DNA of 34,176 bases from Acidimicrobiaceae bacterium. GTDB taxonomy: Bacteria; Actinomycetota; Acidimicrobiia; Acidimicrobiales; Palsa-688. The notes under the pieces are model-generated. The model saw only the letters and a program-made list of their open reading frames with translations, was not told where the DNA came from and ran no database searches. The position numbers and the translations under genes are program-made. Shown here one piece after another: positions 1 to 7,990 of the stretch; position 1 is the first letter of the stretch; each line of letters starts with the position of its first letter. Location: NCBI GenBank assembly GCA_003156795.1, contig PMHU01000182.1, positions 366 to 34,541 of the forward strand. The letters are read 5' to 3'.

Positions 1-411
1 GGCAACGGGACGACCGGCGGGCCAGACGGAGACTACGGCTACGACACGCCCCAGGCTGTAACGGGCCTAAGCGACGCCGTTTCGGTGAGCAGCAACGGTA
101 ACTACGGCTTTTGTGCGGTGCTTTCGACCGGCGCCGTCGACTGCTGGGGATACAACTACTACGGGGAATTGGGCAACGGGACGACCGGCGGCCCTGACGG
201 AACCGGCACTCCCCAGGCCGTAACGAGCCTTAGCGACGCGGTCTCTGTGTCCAGCAGCAACAACATTGACGGCGGCTATTGTGCGCAACTGTCGTCCGGC
301 CGTGTGGACTGCTGGGGATACAACGCTAACGGGGAGCTGGGCAACGGCACGACCGGCGGGCCTGACGGAAAGGGCGGCTACGACACGTCCCACCCGGTAG
401 CTGCTGCCTGA
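1..411 (+). CDS. RCC1-like repeat (beta-propeller) protein, C-terminal part; the 5' end lies outside the window
   Basis: Frame 1 is open from base 1 to the TGA at 409-411. The translation shows three ~56-aa blades, each with ...VDCWGYNxxGELGNGTTGGPDG, the RCC1-type repeat signature. The repeat is also visible in the DNA (ggcaacgg.acgaccggcgg at 1, 172 and 340). Confidence 0.7.
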   Translation, partial: GNGTTGGPDGDYGYDTPQAVTGLSDAVSVSSNGNYGFCAVLSTGAVDCWGYNYYGELGNGTTGGPDGTGTPQAVTSLSDAVSVSSSNNIDGGYCAQLSSGRVDCWGYNANGELGNGTTGGPDGKGGYDTSHPVAAA

Positions 412-433
412 CCACCCACGACCGGAGGAGTCT

Positions 434-1894
434 TCAGGCGACAGGCCCGTACGGGTTAGGCCTCACCCGACTTCTCTCGAAAACTTGATCCGTTGTCGCA
501 CGCTTATCGCTCGACGTTTGCCGAGAGGCCCCGAGGATGGCGTCCGAACCGTCCGCCACGGACCGGTTACCGACGAGGTGGTCGATGGTGGTGGTTCGTT
601 CGCGTAGGAGGTCTCCTACCATCGCGGCCAGGCGCGTGTCGCGGGCGCCGATCATCTGCCAGGCACGGGCGATGGCGATCATGAAGAACACGATGATCAG
701 TAGGGCCTGGAGGTGGACGGTGCCTGTATCTGTCGGATTGAGCAACATGTCGATTCCGTTGAGGAGCTGGATGATATATAGGGCTCCGAGCGCGGGGATG
801 ATGGCGAGGCCCCACAGGTGGCGGGCTCCGGGCCAGTTTCGTTGTGTGAGTCCAGCCATGCCGATGGTCGAGCTGATTCCGGTGCAGGCCAGGAACACGC
901 TGGCGGAGCCGAGGTCGTTGCCGGGGAGGACGGCGACTAGCGCGACGACTAGTGCGTTCAGCAGGGTCGTGAATGCGACGGCGGCCTGGACCTGGAACGT
1001 GAGCGGGGCGCGTTTGCCGACGTCGTTGTGGGGGGACACCGATATGGCCACGAACAAGAGGTCGATGAGAGTGCCGGCGACGGAGGCGCAACCTTCGAAG
1101 TAGGTGGCCTCGACGACCTCCTCGCCGGTAACGCCCGCGAAGGTGTCCCAGGCGGCAGATCGTGTCTTGCCGCTGCCCGGCGGCAATCCGTTCTCCGGGC
1201 TGCTGTAGGCGCCCACCGAGACGATCTTGTGATCGTCGCTCACCACGGCGATCCCGCACACCATGGCCCGCGTCCCCTCGACGGCGTGGCGGGCTAGGCC
1301 AGCCAGGATCTCGCCGGTCGGCCCCGTTCCGACCAGTTGGGCGGTGGTTTGGGACAGGGCCACCGCGGTGCGGGCGGCCGCCCGGGGGCCGGTGATGTCT
1401 TGGAGTATGGCCACACCGTGGGGGCTCCCGTCGATGTCGATGGCGAACATCAAGCAGACCATCTCGCGCTCTGAGCCGTCGGCGCCGTACAGCACAGAAG
1501 TGAACCGGGCGGCCGTACCACCAACCGTCTGGGGGAGGTGGGCGACCAAGGTGGCGTGCTCTCGGGACGGGAAGGTGTCCAGAAAGTCCCGGCCCCGCAA
1601 CTGCTCGAGCGGATGGCCGAACATCTGACATGCCGCCGGGTTGGCATAGACGTAACGCCGGTCGGCGTCGACTAGGCACAGCCCATCGTCTGTGCCGACC
1701 AGCAGGCCGGCCAGTGCTGGCAGGCCCAGCGCGGCGGCGGCAGCCAAGGCCGAGGAGGCGCCGATGACATCCGGGTTACGGACCGTGGCAGCAGCTCCGG
1801 TGGTCTTCACCTCATTCGTCACAGCATCGGTCACGACCCCGACAGCCTCCCACAGCCATCCGGGAACCAGAGCGCCCGCCTGACAACACCCCAA
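434..1894 (-). CDS. PAS domain sensor with a GAF-like segment and a C-terminal multi-pass membrane domain; no recognisable output domain
   Basis: 486-aa ORF. PAS core: GLCLVDADRRYVYANPAACQMFGHPLEQLRGRDFLDTF...GVAILQDIT. A GAF-like stretch follows (ILAGLARHAVEGTRAMVCGIAVVSDD), then about 5 hydrophobic helices (e.g. LWGLAIIPALGALYIIQLL, LQALLIIVFFMIAIARAW). The longest ORF starts at a TTG, so the true start is uncertain. Confidence 0.65.
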   Translation of the reverse strand: MGCCQAGALVPGWLWEAVGVVTDAVTNEVKTTGAAATVRNPDVIGASSALAAAAALGLPALAGLLVGTDDGLCLVDADRRYVYANPAACQMFGHPLEQLRGRDFLDTFPSREHATLVAHLPQTVGGTAARFTSVLYGADGSEREMVCLMFAIDIDGSPHGVAILQDITGPRAAARTAVALSQTTAQLVGTGPTGEILAGLARHAVEGTRAMVCGIAVVSDDHKIVSVGAYSSPENGLPPGSGKTRSAAWDTFAGVTGEEVVEATYFEGCASVAGTLIDLLFVAISVSPHNDVGKRAPLTFQVQAAVAFTTLLNALVVALVAVLPGNDLGSASVFLACTGISSTIGMAGLTQRNWPGARHLWGLAIIPALGALYIIQLLNGIDMLLNPTDTGTVHLQALLIIVFFMIAIARAWQMIGARDTRLAAMVGDLLRERTTTIDHLVGNRSVADGSDAILGASRQTSSDKRATTDQVFERSRVRPNPYGPVA

Positions 1895-2011
1895 TTATGG
1901 TGAAGGCCACCAGTTTGATTGGGCTGCCGGCTTTCGCCGTCAACGTGCCGATTCTGTTTCAGATTGTCCCAGGACCGTCCCGATTAGAACCGGGGCCTCG
2001 AGGCCGTAATT

Positions 2012-2818
2012 TCATTTGTGGGCCAGGTGGATGGCCGCCTCCGGTGTGTTGATGCGGAATGCGAGGCTCTCTTCGATGTAGAGGTGCACGTCATCGGCGT
2101 CGGCCCTGGAGAAGCCGATCGAGAAGTCCTGTCCTACGGTCATCTCGAAGTCCCCGCCTCGTTGACTCACGATTACGGCACCGTCCACGGCGGGCGCCCA
2201 AATGACGTCGCCTCCAAGGATGTTGCGTAGATGTTCGAATACGGGATATCCGCCGTGTTCGGTCGTCTCTGTGACACCCGTGAAACACCGTGGTCCCATC
2301 GCTATCGCATAGGGTCCGGCGACGCCAGCGTCGCGCAGCAGCGCAACCGCCTTGGCCACATGCTGGGGGTAGTGGGCGTAATCGTCGCCTATGGTAACCG
2401 CCTCGTGCGGCGACGACGGGACGATCCCGGAGATGCCGCCGGCCCCGTAGCCGTGAAAGATCGCTGCGTCCTCGGCCAAGGCCGCTGATCGGCTGGCACC
2501 GATAACGGCAGAGAGATCGAGGTCGCGGGCGCCGCGCTCGGCTTCCGCCAGTTCGACCGACGTTATAGAGAACGGGGCCCGAAACTCGACGATGGGGAGC
2601 ACTTTGCGTCCAGCTGCTTCGACACCCTCGGCCGAGAGCTCAGACAGGGATTCTGTGCGCCCGAGGCCGACCGAGGAGTACTCCCACCCGAGAGGGCCGG
2701 TGAAATCAATCAGCCGTCGCGCCGCCAGATAATGCTTCAGCGATCTGCGCGCTTCGGCATCGATCTGCTCCCAGGCCGCGTCCGAGATCGGTGCAAGCTC
2801 GCGCAACAGGTGGTTCAT
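2012..2818 (-). CDS. Family 1 encapsulin nanocompartment shell protein (linocin M18/HK97-fold type)
   Basis: The 268-aa product matches my recollection of the T. maritima and M. tuberculosis encapsulins along its length: MNHLLRELAPISDAAWEQIDAEARR..., GPLGWEY, LPIVEFRAPF, DAGVAGPYAIAM, IWAPAVDGAVIVSQRGGDFEMTVGQDFSIGF, HLYIEESLAFRI. An SD-like GAGAGGGAGA lies ~8 nt upstream of the ATG. Confidence 0.95.
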   Translation of the reverse strand: MNHLLRELAPISDAAWEQIDAEARRSLKHYLAARRLIDFTGPLGWEYSSVGLGRTESLSELSAEGVEAAGRKVLPIVEFRAPFSITSVELAEAERGARDLDLSAVIGASRSAALAEDAAIFHGYGAGGISGIVPSSPHEAVTIGDDYAHYPQHVAKAVALLRDAGVAGPYAIAMGPRCFTGVTETTEHGGYPVFEHLRNILGGDVIWAPAVDGAVIVSQRGGDFEMTVGQDFSIGFSRADADDVHLYIEESLAFRINTPEAAIHLAHK

Positions 2819-3549
2819 TAGAGTCTCCCTCTCTCATTTCGTAGGCTTCCGATGCCGAGACTGGTGTCGCCCGGGCCAAGTCTGGCCAATGGATTTGGAA
2901 TGGGTTCGGCAACCTTGTGCAACGTGTTGCGATCGACGTGGTGGAACGGCACTTCGCGCCCCGGGATTTCCAGCACTCCCTCTTCCTCGTACGACCAGGT
3001 CCCATCGTCGTTGACCGTTACGTGAATCCGGTAGCTGGTCGTCCGAAATGCCCGATCAAGGAATGGGTTGGAAAGGATGCCGTGGACTTCGGACCCCAGG
3101 GCTGCAGTGAGTTCAAACTCCTTGGCGTCGACGTCGACTGATCCTGCAGCAAGCAGCACTTGCCCTCTAGGGATCGCAAGGGTGAATGTAACCATGGATG
3201 CCGCTGGTTCCCAGAGCCAGTAGCCGATCTGATCGTGGAACGTCACTATCTGACCGGGTTCGACGATGTGGGTGTGGTAGCGCAAGCCGTAGAAGAGCTG
3301 GGGTCCGTTCGTCTGGAAATCGATTGGTTGGAGCTCGTAGTGCTCGACGAACACGCTGTGCTCGGACCCGTCGGCAACCGGATGGTCGTCAGATCCTTTC
3401 GTTCCCTCCCAGACCCCGGCAAGGGGCCGCAGCGGTCCGAGGCTGTTCAAAGTGTCCGGATCCCCGGGCGGCTCGGTATAGATATCAGTGCCGTAGGGAT
3501 CTGACGCCGTTTGGCGTACCCCGGACTCCACTCGATCGACGATGGCCAC
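2818..3549 (-). CDS. Nitrobindin-like haem-binding beta-barrel protein (THAP4 haem-binding/former DUF1794 type) with a C-terminal encapsulin cargo-loading peptide
   Basis: 243 aa. Nitrobindin-type landmarks: LRPLAGVWEGTKG, FYGLRYHTHI, IGYWLWEP, SYRIHVTVNDDGTWSYEEEG, and a candidate proximal His in FHHVDRNTLHKV. A Pro/Gly-rich linker (EPIPNPLARLGPGD) leads to TSLGIGSLRNERGRL at the C-terminus. The TAA stop overlaps the encapsulin ATG (TAATG). The start is a GTG without a clear SD, so the 5' end is uncertain. Confidence 0.85.
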   Translation of the reverse strand: MAIVDRVESGVRQTASDPYGTDIYTEPPGDPDTLNSLGPLRPLAGVWEGTKGSDDHPVADGSEHSVFVEHYELQPIDFQTNGPQLFYGLRYHTHIVEPGQIVTFHDQIGYWLWEPAASMVTFTLAIPRGQVLLAAGSVDVDAKEFELTAALGSEVHGILSNPFLDRAFRTTSYRIHVTVNDDGTWSYEEEGVLEIPGREVPFHHVDRNTLHKVAEPIPNPLARLGPGDTSLGIGSLRNERGRL

Positions 3550-3674
3550 GGGGATACTCTTGCACGCGGGCGCCGATCGTCACCGCGGGTCCGGCTAGGC
3601 GTCTGCCGAGTCCCCCTGAAGGTATGGCTCGGTGGTGATCGGGCGGACGAGCCCGGAGTGTGCTTGGAACCCAG

Positions 3675-5624
3675 TTACGTTCCCGAGACGGCGCGTTCTC
3701 GGCGGGCGCGGGCGGCCTTCTTGGCTTCGTACATGGCTTGGTCGGCTTGGCGGACGAGCGTCATGGGATCGGTGTCCTGGTCACATTGGGCGAGGGCGAC
3801 GCCGACGCTGGCCTCCAAGGGAACGACGCCCGCCTTCACGGAGATCCGGCACTGCGCCACGGCCTGACGGATTCGCTGCACCACGGTATCCCCGTCGCAG
3901 CTGTGGCCGTGGCACAGCACGACCAGGAACTCATCGCCGCCCAGGCGTCCGACCACGTCGCACGCGTCGGTGACGCGGGTGAGGGCCATTGCGGTGGCGG
4001 TGATGGCGGCGTCGCCTGCCTCGTGCCCGTAGACGTCGTTGATGGGTTTCAGGCCGTCGAGGTCGATGAACAACACGGCCACTGTCTCACCAGCCTCTCG
4101 GCGCCGACTCACGTCGTCGGTGAGATACTCGAGCACCGCACGCCGGTTGAGCAGCCCCGTGAGCGCGTCGTGGGTGGCCGCCTCGTGCAGGAGCTGGCGT
4201 TGCACCTGCCGCTCGTGTATCCGGTCACTGAGGGCGTCGATCGATACCTGCAGGGCCTGGCCGGTCCGGCCCGGCAGGGGTTTGCGCAGCTCAGGATCGG
4301 AGAGGTCCTCAGCCGCCAGGCCGACGGCCTTCTCCTCGACGGCCTTCAGGGTAGAGGCCATGTCGTTGAACGCGGCGATCGTGGTCACGACCTCTCTGGG
4401 ACCTTTGTCGGCCAGGGGTTCCAGGTCGAACTCCCCGTTGCTTACTTGCAGGGCGCCGGCCGCCAACCTCTTCAGCGGCTGGGTGAGCATGCGACCGGCG
4501 GCAAGCACGCCGCTGATGCAGAGGAGCGCCAGAAGGGAGAGGAAGACGATCTCGTCGGTGAGTTGGCGGGTGGCGGCAGAAGCCTGGGCCATGGCGGTGT
4601 CGTGGAGGTCCTGGGAGGCCGAGGTCACGAGGCTGTTCAAGTCGGCCAGGTAGTTGAGCGAGGGCGCCAGGGCGGAGCCGCTGAAAGCCAGGTTGCCGCT
4701 CAGCGACGGCTTCGTACCGTTGACTGCGACGGTGACTGCCTTTTGGATGGTGGCGGCGAAGCGCACGTCGGTGGGGGCGGTCTGCAGGTGGCGCCATGCC
4801 TGCTCGGCCTTGGGGCCCAGCTGGCCGGCGAACTCACCTTCTGCGGTCTGGTATTCGCCGGCGGCCTGGATCAGTTGCTGCTTGGCGTTGGCGGGACCGA
4901 CGCCTTCGAGGACGTAAGCGGAATCCCCGATTTCGTTTCCGCCGGCCAGGAACGCTTGGTAGGTTTGCAACAGTGCGGCCATATGCGCTTCGAAGGACGC
5001 CGGGGGCCGCCAGGACTTGATGTCGGTCTGGAGCTGGTTGTAGTCCCGGTACCAGATGTCGTCGATGTCTGAGTCGGTCTTGACGAAGAAGGCGTTGACC
5101 CGGTCGAACGAAATGGTCCCGGCGACTATTGCGGGGATGATCGCCTGCAACTGCGAGATGTCGGCCCGCATGGTCGGCGTCGACGAGAGGGTGGGATAGC
5201 TCGCCAGGATGGTCGCACCCTGCGCCAGCTGGTCCTGGAAAGGCACGGTCGGGTGCAGCAGGTTGTCCAGTACCGATATGCTGATGCCGAGCTGGGCGGC
5301 GTAGGACACCGCCGTGAACGGCAACTGGAAGCTACTCAGCTTGGCCCTGGCCGAGGCGACCACCGCCAGCTGGGTTGCGTCTTTGGCTGCTTTCCCAGCG
5401 TCGCGGTGGGCTCCCCAGGCAGAGGTGGCCGAGGAGGCGACGAGGATGCAAGTCGCCAGCATCGGGATCAGGACCACCGAGATCAGCAGGAACCGTACGC
5501 CCAGGTGGTGTCGCCCGCTCTTCGGAATGGCGGGCAACTCCAGAGCTGTCCCGTTTAGAGAGATCAACTTGGAGGGGCCTGGCGGGGAGCCAGTGCCGGT
5601 TCGGTTGCGGGTTGGATCCGCCAT
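3675..5624 (-). CDS. Membrane-bound diguanylate cyclase (TM, large extracytoplasmic helical sensor, TM, HAMP, GGDEF)
   Basis: TM1 is FLLISVVLIPMLATCILVA; a ~300-aa extracytoplasmic region follows; TM2 is IVFLSLLALLCISGVLAA; a HAMP-like segment is RMLTQPLKRLAAGALQVSNGEFD...FNDMASTL. GGDEF domain: HDALTGLLNRRA, LFIDLDGLKPINDVYGH, GRLGGDEFLVV, ADQAMYEAK. The start could be the ATG at 5624 or the GTG at 5633. Confidence 0.9.
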   Translation of the reverse strand: MADPTRNRTGTGSPPGPSKLISLNGTALELPAIPKSGRHHLGVRFLLISVVLIPMLATCILVASSATSAWGAHRDAGKAAKDATQLAVVASARAKLSSFQLPFTAVSYAAQLGISISVLDNLLHPTVPFQDQLAQGATILASYPTLSSTPTMRADISQLQAIIPAIVAGTISFDRVNAFFVKTDSDIDDIWYRDYNQLQTDIKSWRPPASFEAHMAALLQTYQAFLAGGNEIGDSAYVLEGVGPANAKQQLIQAAGEYQTAEGEFAGQLGPKAEQAWRHLQTAPTDVRFAATIQKAVTVAVNGTKPSLSGNLAFSGSALAPSLNYLADLNSLVTSASQDLHDTAMAQASAATRQLTDEIVFLSLLALLCISGVLAAGRMLTQPLKRLAAGALQVSNGEFDLEPLADKGPREVVTTIAAFNDMASTLKAVEEKAVGLAAEDLSDPELRKPLPGRTGQALQVSIDALSDRIHERQVQRQLLHEAATHDALTGLLNRRAVLEYLTDDVSRRREAGETVAVLFIDLDGLKPINDVYGHEAGDAAITATAMALTRVTDACDVVGRLGGDEFLVVLCHGHSCDGDTVVQRIRQAVAQCRISVKAGVVPLEASVGVALAQCDQDTDPMTLVRQADQAMYEAKKAARARRERAVSGT

Positions 5625-5873
5625 AGCTCCCACAAGTTGTCGTCACGCGGGGCTCTCTTCTTGAGCTATGAGGCCTATATGGCGGGCGCTGTCGTGGTTC
5701 CCGTCTCGCCCGCCCCAGACCGGCTGACCGGACTGACCCGAGTCATACCGATGACAGCCGTGACGATGCGGTACCGGGGGCCGCTAGGAGCTCGTCCATG
5801 CCCGCTCCGATGCCCTCCGCCATGACGTCGACATCCGGGGCATGGTCGTAGTCGCCGGTAACCTATAGACCCA

Positions 5874-6191
5874 ATGGATCAAGTCTATTTGCTCCCTCGC
5901 AACGGCCTTGATGCCTTCAGCCCGGCCAAATCGCCTTCGCGCCGCCACGCGAAAGCGTCGGCGTTACTCCGGTCGCGCCAATCGGCTCCTGCATCGGGCG
6001 GACTGGGAGAGGAGCGTCGCGTAGAGTTGGCGCGGTGGCAGCGGTGGTGCTCTGCGGTGACGCTCCACACAGCCCCAGACACCGTCTGCGGGCCATTCGA
6101 TACTCTCGAAGAGGCGGAGGAGTGGGTCCGTGGTCAGCCGACACAACCGGCCCGATACGCCGGGGCGATGCCATTGACCAAGCCCAAGTGA
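5874..6191 (+). CDS. Hypothetical small protein (weak call)
   Basis: 105-aa ATG-initiated ORF in an otherwise unassigned 650-bp gap. Third-position G+C is moderately high. There are no recognisable motifs and no clear SD. Confidence 0.25.
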   Translation: MDQVYLLPRNGLDAFSPAKSPSRRHAKASALLRSRQSAPASGGLGEERRVELARWQRWCSAVTLHTAPDTVCGPFDTLEEAEEWVRGQPTQPARYAGAMPLTKPK

Positions 6192-6288
6192 GCGAAGTGG
6201 CGCTGTCAGGGTCGTCGTTCGGTAACGCCCTTCAGCACGGGCATCATCGACAACGCGATTGCACAATCAGCGACAGGGAGTAGCACAC

Positions 6289-6975
6289 ATGACCGTGACG
6301 CTAATCACCGGAGCGAACAAGGGGCTCGGCTATGAGACCGCCCGACAACTGATCGAGCACGGCCACACCGTCTATCTCGGGGCACGCAGCGTCGAGCCCG
6401 GGAAGGCGGCCGCATCCGAGCTCGGCGGCCAGTTCGTGCAGCTCGACGTCACCGACGACACGTCGGTGGAGACCGCCCTCGTTGTCATCGCCGAACGCGA
6501 AGGCCACTTGGACGTCCTCGTCAACAACGCCGGGATCAGCACCATTGCGGCGGTCGACGGCCCGGAGGCGCTCCACGTCTTCGACACCAATGTGATCGGT
6601 GTCATCCGTGTCACCCAGGCCGCGCTTCCGTTGCTGGAGAAGTCTGACAACCCTGTCGTGGTCAACGTCTCCAGTGCCCTCGGCTCGTTCTGGGCCGTCA
6701 CAAATCCCGATCGGCGCCAATTCCACTACCCGGCCATCATGTACGGCGCGAGCAAGGCCGCCGTGTCGATGCTGACCGTCCAGTACGCCAAGGCACTGCC
6801 AGGGATCAAGTTCAACGCGGTCGAGCCCGGCTTCACCGCCACCGACCTCACTCCCTTCAGCGCGGCGGGCCAGCCCGTGGCAAAGGGCGCAGAAGTCATC
6901 GTACGCATGGCTACCATTGGCAAGAACGGCCCCACCGGCACCTTCCATGAGAACGAAGGCGAGCTTGCCTGGTAG
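6289..6975 (+). CDS. Short-chain dehydrogenase/reductase (SDR) family oxidoreductase
   Basis: Motifs present: TGANKGLG (TGxxxGxG cofactor motif), NNAG, and YGASKAAV (YxxxK catalytic motif). ATG at 6289 is preceded by AGGGAG at 6275-6280. Confidence 0.9.
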   Translation: MTVTLITGANKGLGYETARQLIEHGHTVYLGARSVEPGKAAASELGGQFVQLDVTDDTSVETALVVIAEREGHLDVLVNNAGISTIAAVDGPEALHVFDTNVIGVIRVTQAALPLLEKSDNPVVVNVSSALGSFWAVTNPDRRQFHYPAIMYGASKAAVSMLTVQYAKALPGIKFNAVEPGFTATDLTPFSAAGQPVAKGAEVIVRMATIGKNGPTGTFHENEGELAW

Positions 6976-7112
6976 TGACACACCACCTCATTTGGCGCCG
7001 TGGGCGTCAGATCTGTCGGGCCAAGGGGTCTGTCGGGAATGTGGTGTAACGGCGTGATCTAGGGTTCGCGACCAAGGCGCGAAGCTTGTGCGATGGTCAG
7101 TTCCTCGCTCCG

Positions 7113-7943
7113 CTAGAGCTTGCCCAAGACGGTGGCCAACGGTTCGAGCACTCCGGGATCGAGGGGCGGTCGGAGGGAGACAATGCCCAGTTCGGCGCCG
7201 ACGTCGGCCAGTGCGGCGGCTTGGTCGGCGGTGGCATTCGCGTCGCCGGCAAATATGACGTGGCTGGACAGGAGGATCTCGTTCGGGTCGCGGCCGAGGT
7301 CCTCACAGTGCTGATGCAGGATGTCGCGCTTGCGGGTGAACTCCTCGGGCGTGCCACGCACGAAGTTCCAGTGCTGGGCGAACCGGGCCGCGGTGCGTAG
7401 CGTCCTCCGCTCACCACTACCGCCGATGCAGATCGGCGGGTGAGGACGCTGGATTGGCTTGGGCTCGTTGCGGGCGTCGGTGAGCTGGTAGTACTCGCCG
7501 GTGAAGGTGGTCGTCTCTTGGGTGAGGAGCCCGACGATCATCTCGCAGGCTTCCTCGAAGCGGTCACTGCGCTGGCCCGGCGTGCCCAACTCGATCCCGT
7601 AGGCTCCCGACTCCTCCTCGTTCCACCCGGCCCCGATCCCGATCTCCAGCCGTCCCCGCGAAACGATGTCGAGGGTGGTCGCCATGTTGGCCAGGATGGC
7701 CGGGTGGCGATAGTGGATGCCGGTCACCAAAGTTCCCATGCGCAGGCGGGTCGTCGCTTGGGCCAGCGCCGTTAGGGTGACCCACCCTTCCATGCAGGGG
7801 CCCGTGCTGTCGGAAAAGATCGGGTAGAAATGGTCGACGGTCCAGCCCGACTCGAACAGCTCGATGTCGTCCGCCTCCTTCCACACCGCGAGCATGTCGG
7901 TCCAGGTCGTGCCCTGGGGCGAGGTCTTGAATGCGAAGCGCAT
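7113..7943 (-). CDS. Luciferase-like monooxygenase (LLM) class F420-dependent oxidoreductase
   Basis: 276 aa with typical LLM/F420 landmarks: MRFAFKTSPQGTTW, GWTVDHF, EGWVTLTALA, LRMGTLVTGIHYRHPA, GRLEIGIGAGWNEEE, PKPIQRPHPPICIGGSGERR. Confidence 0.9.
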   Translation of the reverse strand: MRFAFKTSPQGTTWTDMLAVWKEADDIELFESGWTVDHFYPIFSDSTGPCMEGWVTLTALAQATTRLRMGTLVTGIHYRHPAILANMATTLDIVSRGRLEIGIGAGWNEEESGAYGIELGTPGQRSDRFEEACEMIVGLLTQETTTFTGEYYQLTDARNEPKPIQRPHPPICIGGSGERRTLRTAARFAQHWNFVRGTPEEFTRKRDILHQHCEDLGRDPNEILLSSHVIFAGDANATADQAAALADVGAELGIVSLRPPLDPGVLEPLATVLGKL

Positions 7944-7990
7944 AGGCCCACGCTAGGTCCGGCCAGGCGAGTTGGCGATACCCGCAGCGT

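Noticed and set aside
567-1679. 370-aa same-strand alternative-frame ORF inside the PAS/membrane gene. Other long Arg/Pro-rich ORFs fall in the same category: 10862-11719, 16712-17605, 30012-30959 and 30941-31795.
   Set aside because: All are extremely Arg/Pro/Gly-rich, carry no domain signatures, and overlap genes with clear family motifs. They are frame artefacts of high G+C.
1994-2005. Perfect 12-bp palindrome GGCCTCGAGGCC, 7 nt downstream of the encapsulin stop. I considered it as a terminator. A similar case is GATCCTAGGATC at 16358-16369.
   Set aside because: As a hairpin it gives only a 4-bp stem and has no U-tract. Several perfect 12-bp palindromes are expected by chance in 34 kb (about window length divided by 4^6), so there is no statistical support.
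3660-5072. 470-aa plus-strand ORF antisense to the GGDEF cyclase.
   Set aside because: It lies wholly inside a strongly supported minus-strand gene. Its product is low-complexity (Gly/Arg/Val/Leu-rich) with no motifs. This is the typical shadow ORF of GC-rich DNA, where stop codons are rare in the antisense frame.
5650-5866. Minus-strand fragment translating to VTGDYDHAPDVDVMAEGIGAGMDELLAAPGTASSRLSSV. I considered it as a gene remnant.
   Set aside because: It is preceded immediately by an in-frame TAG, is only ~39 codons long (27 from the first Met), and has no motif. There is not enough evidence to call a gene or pseudogene.
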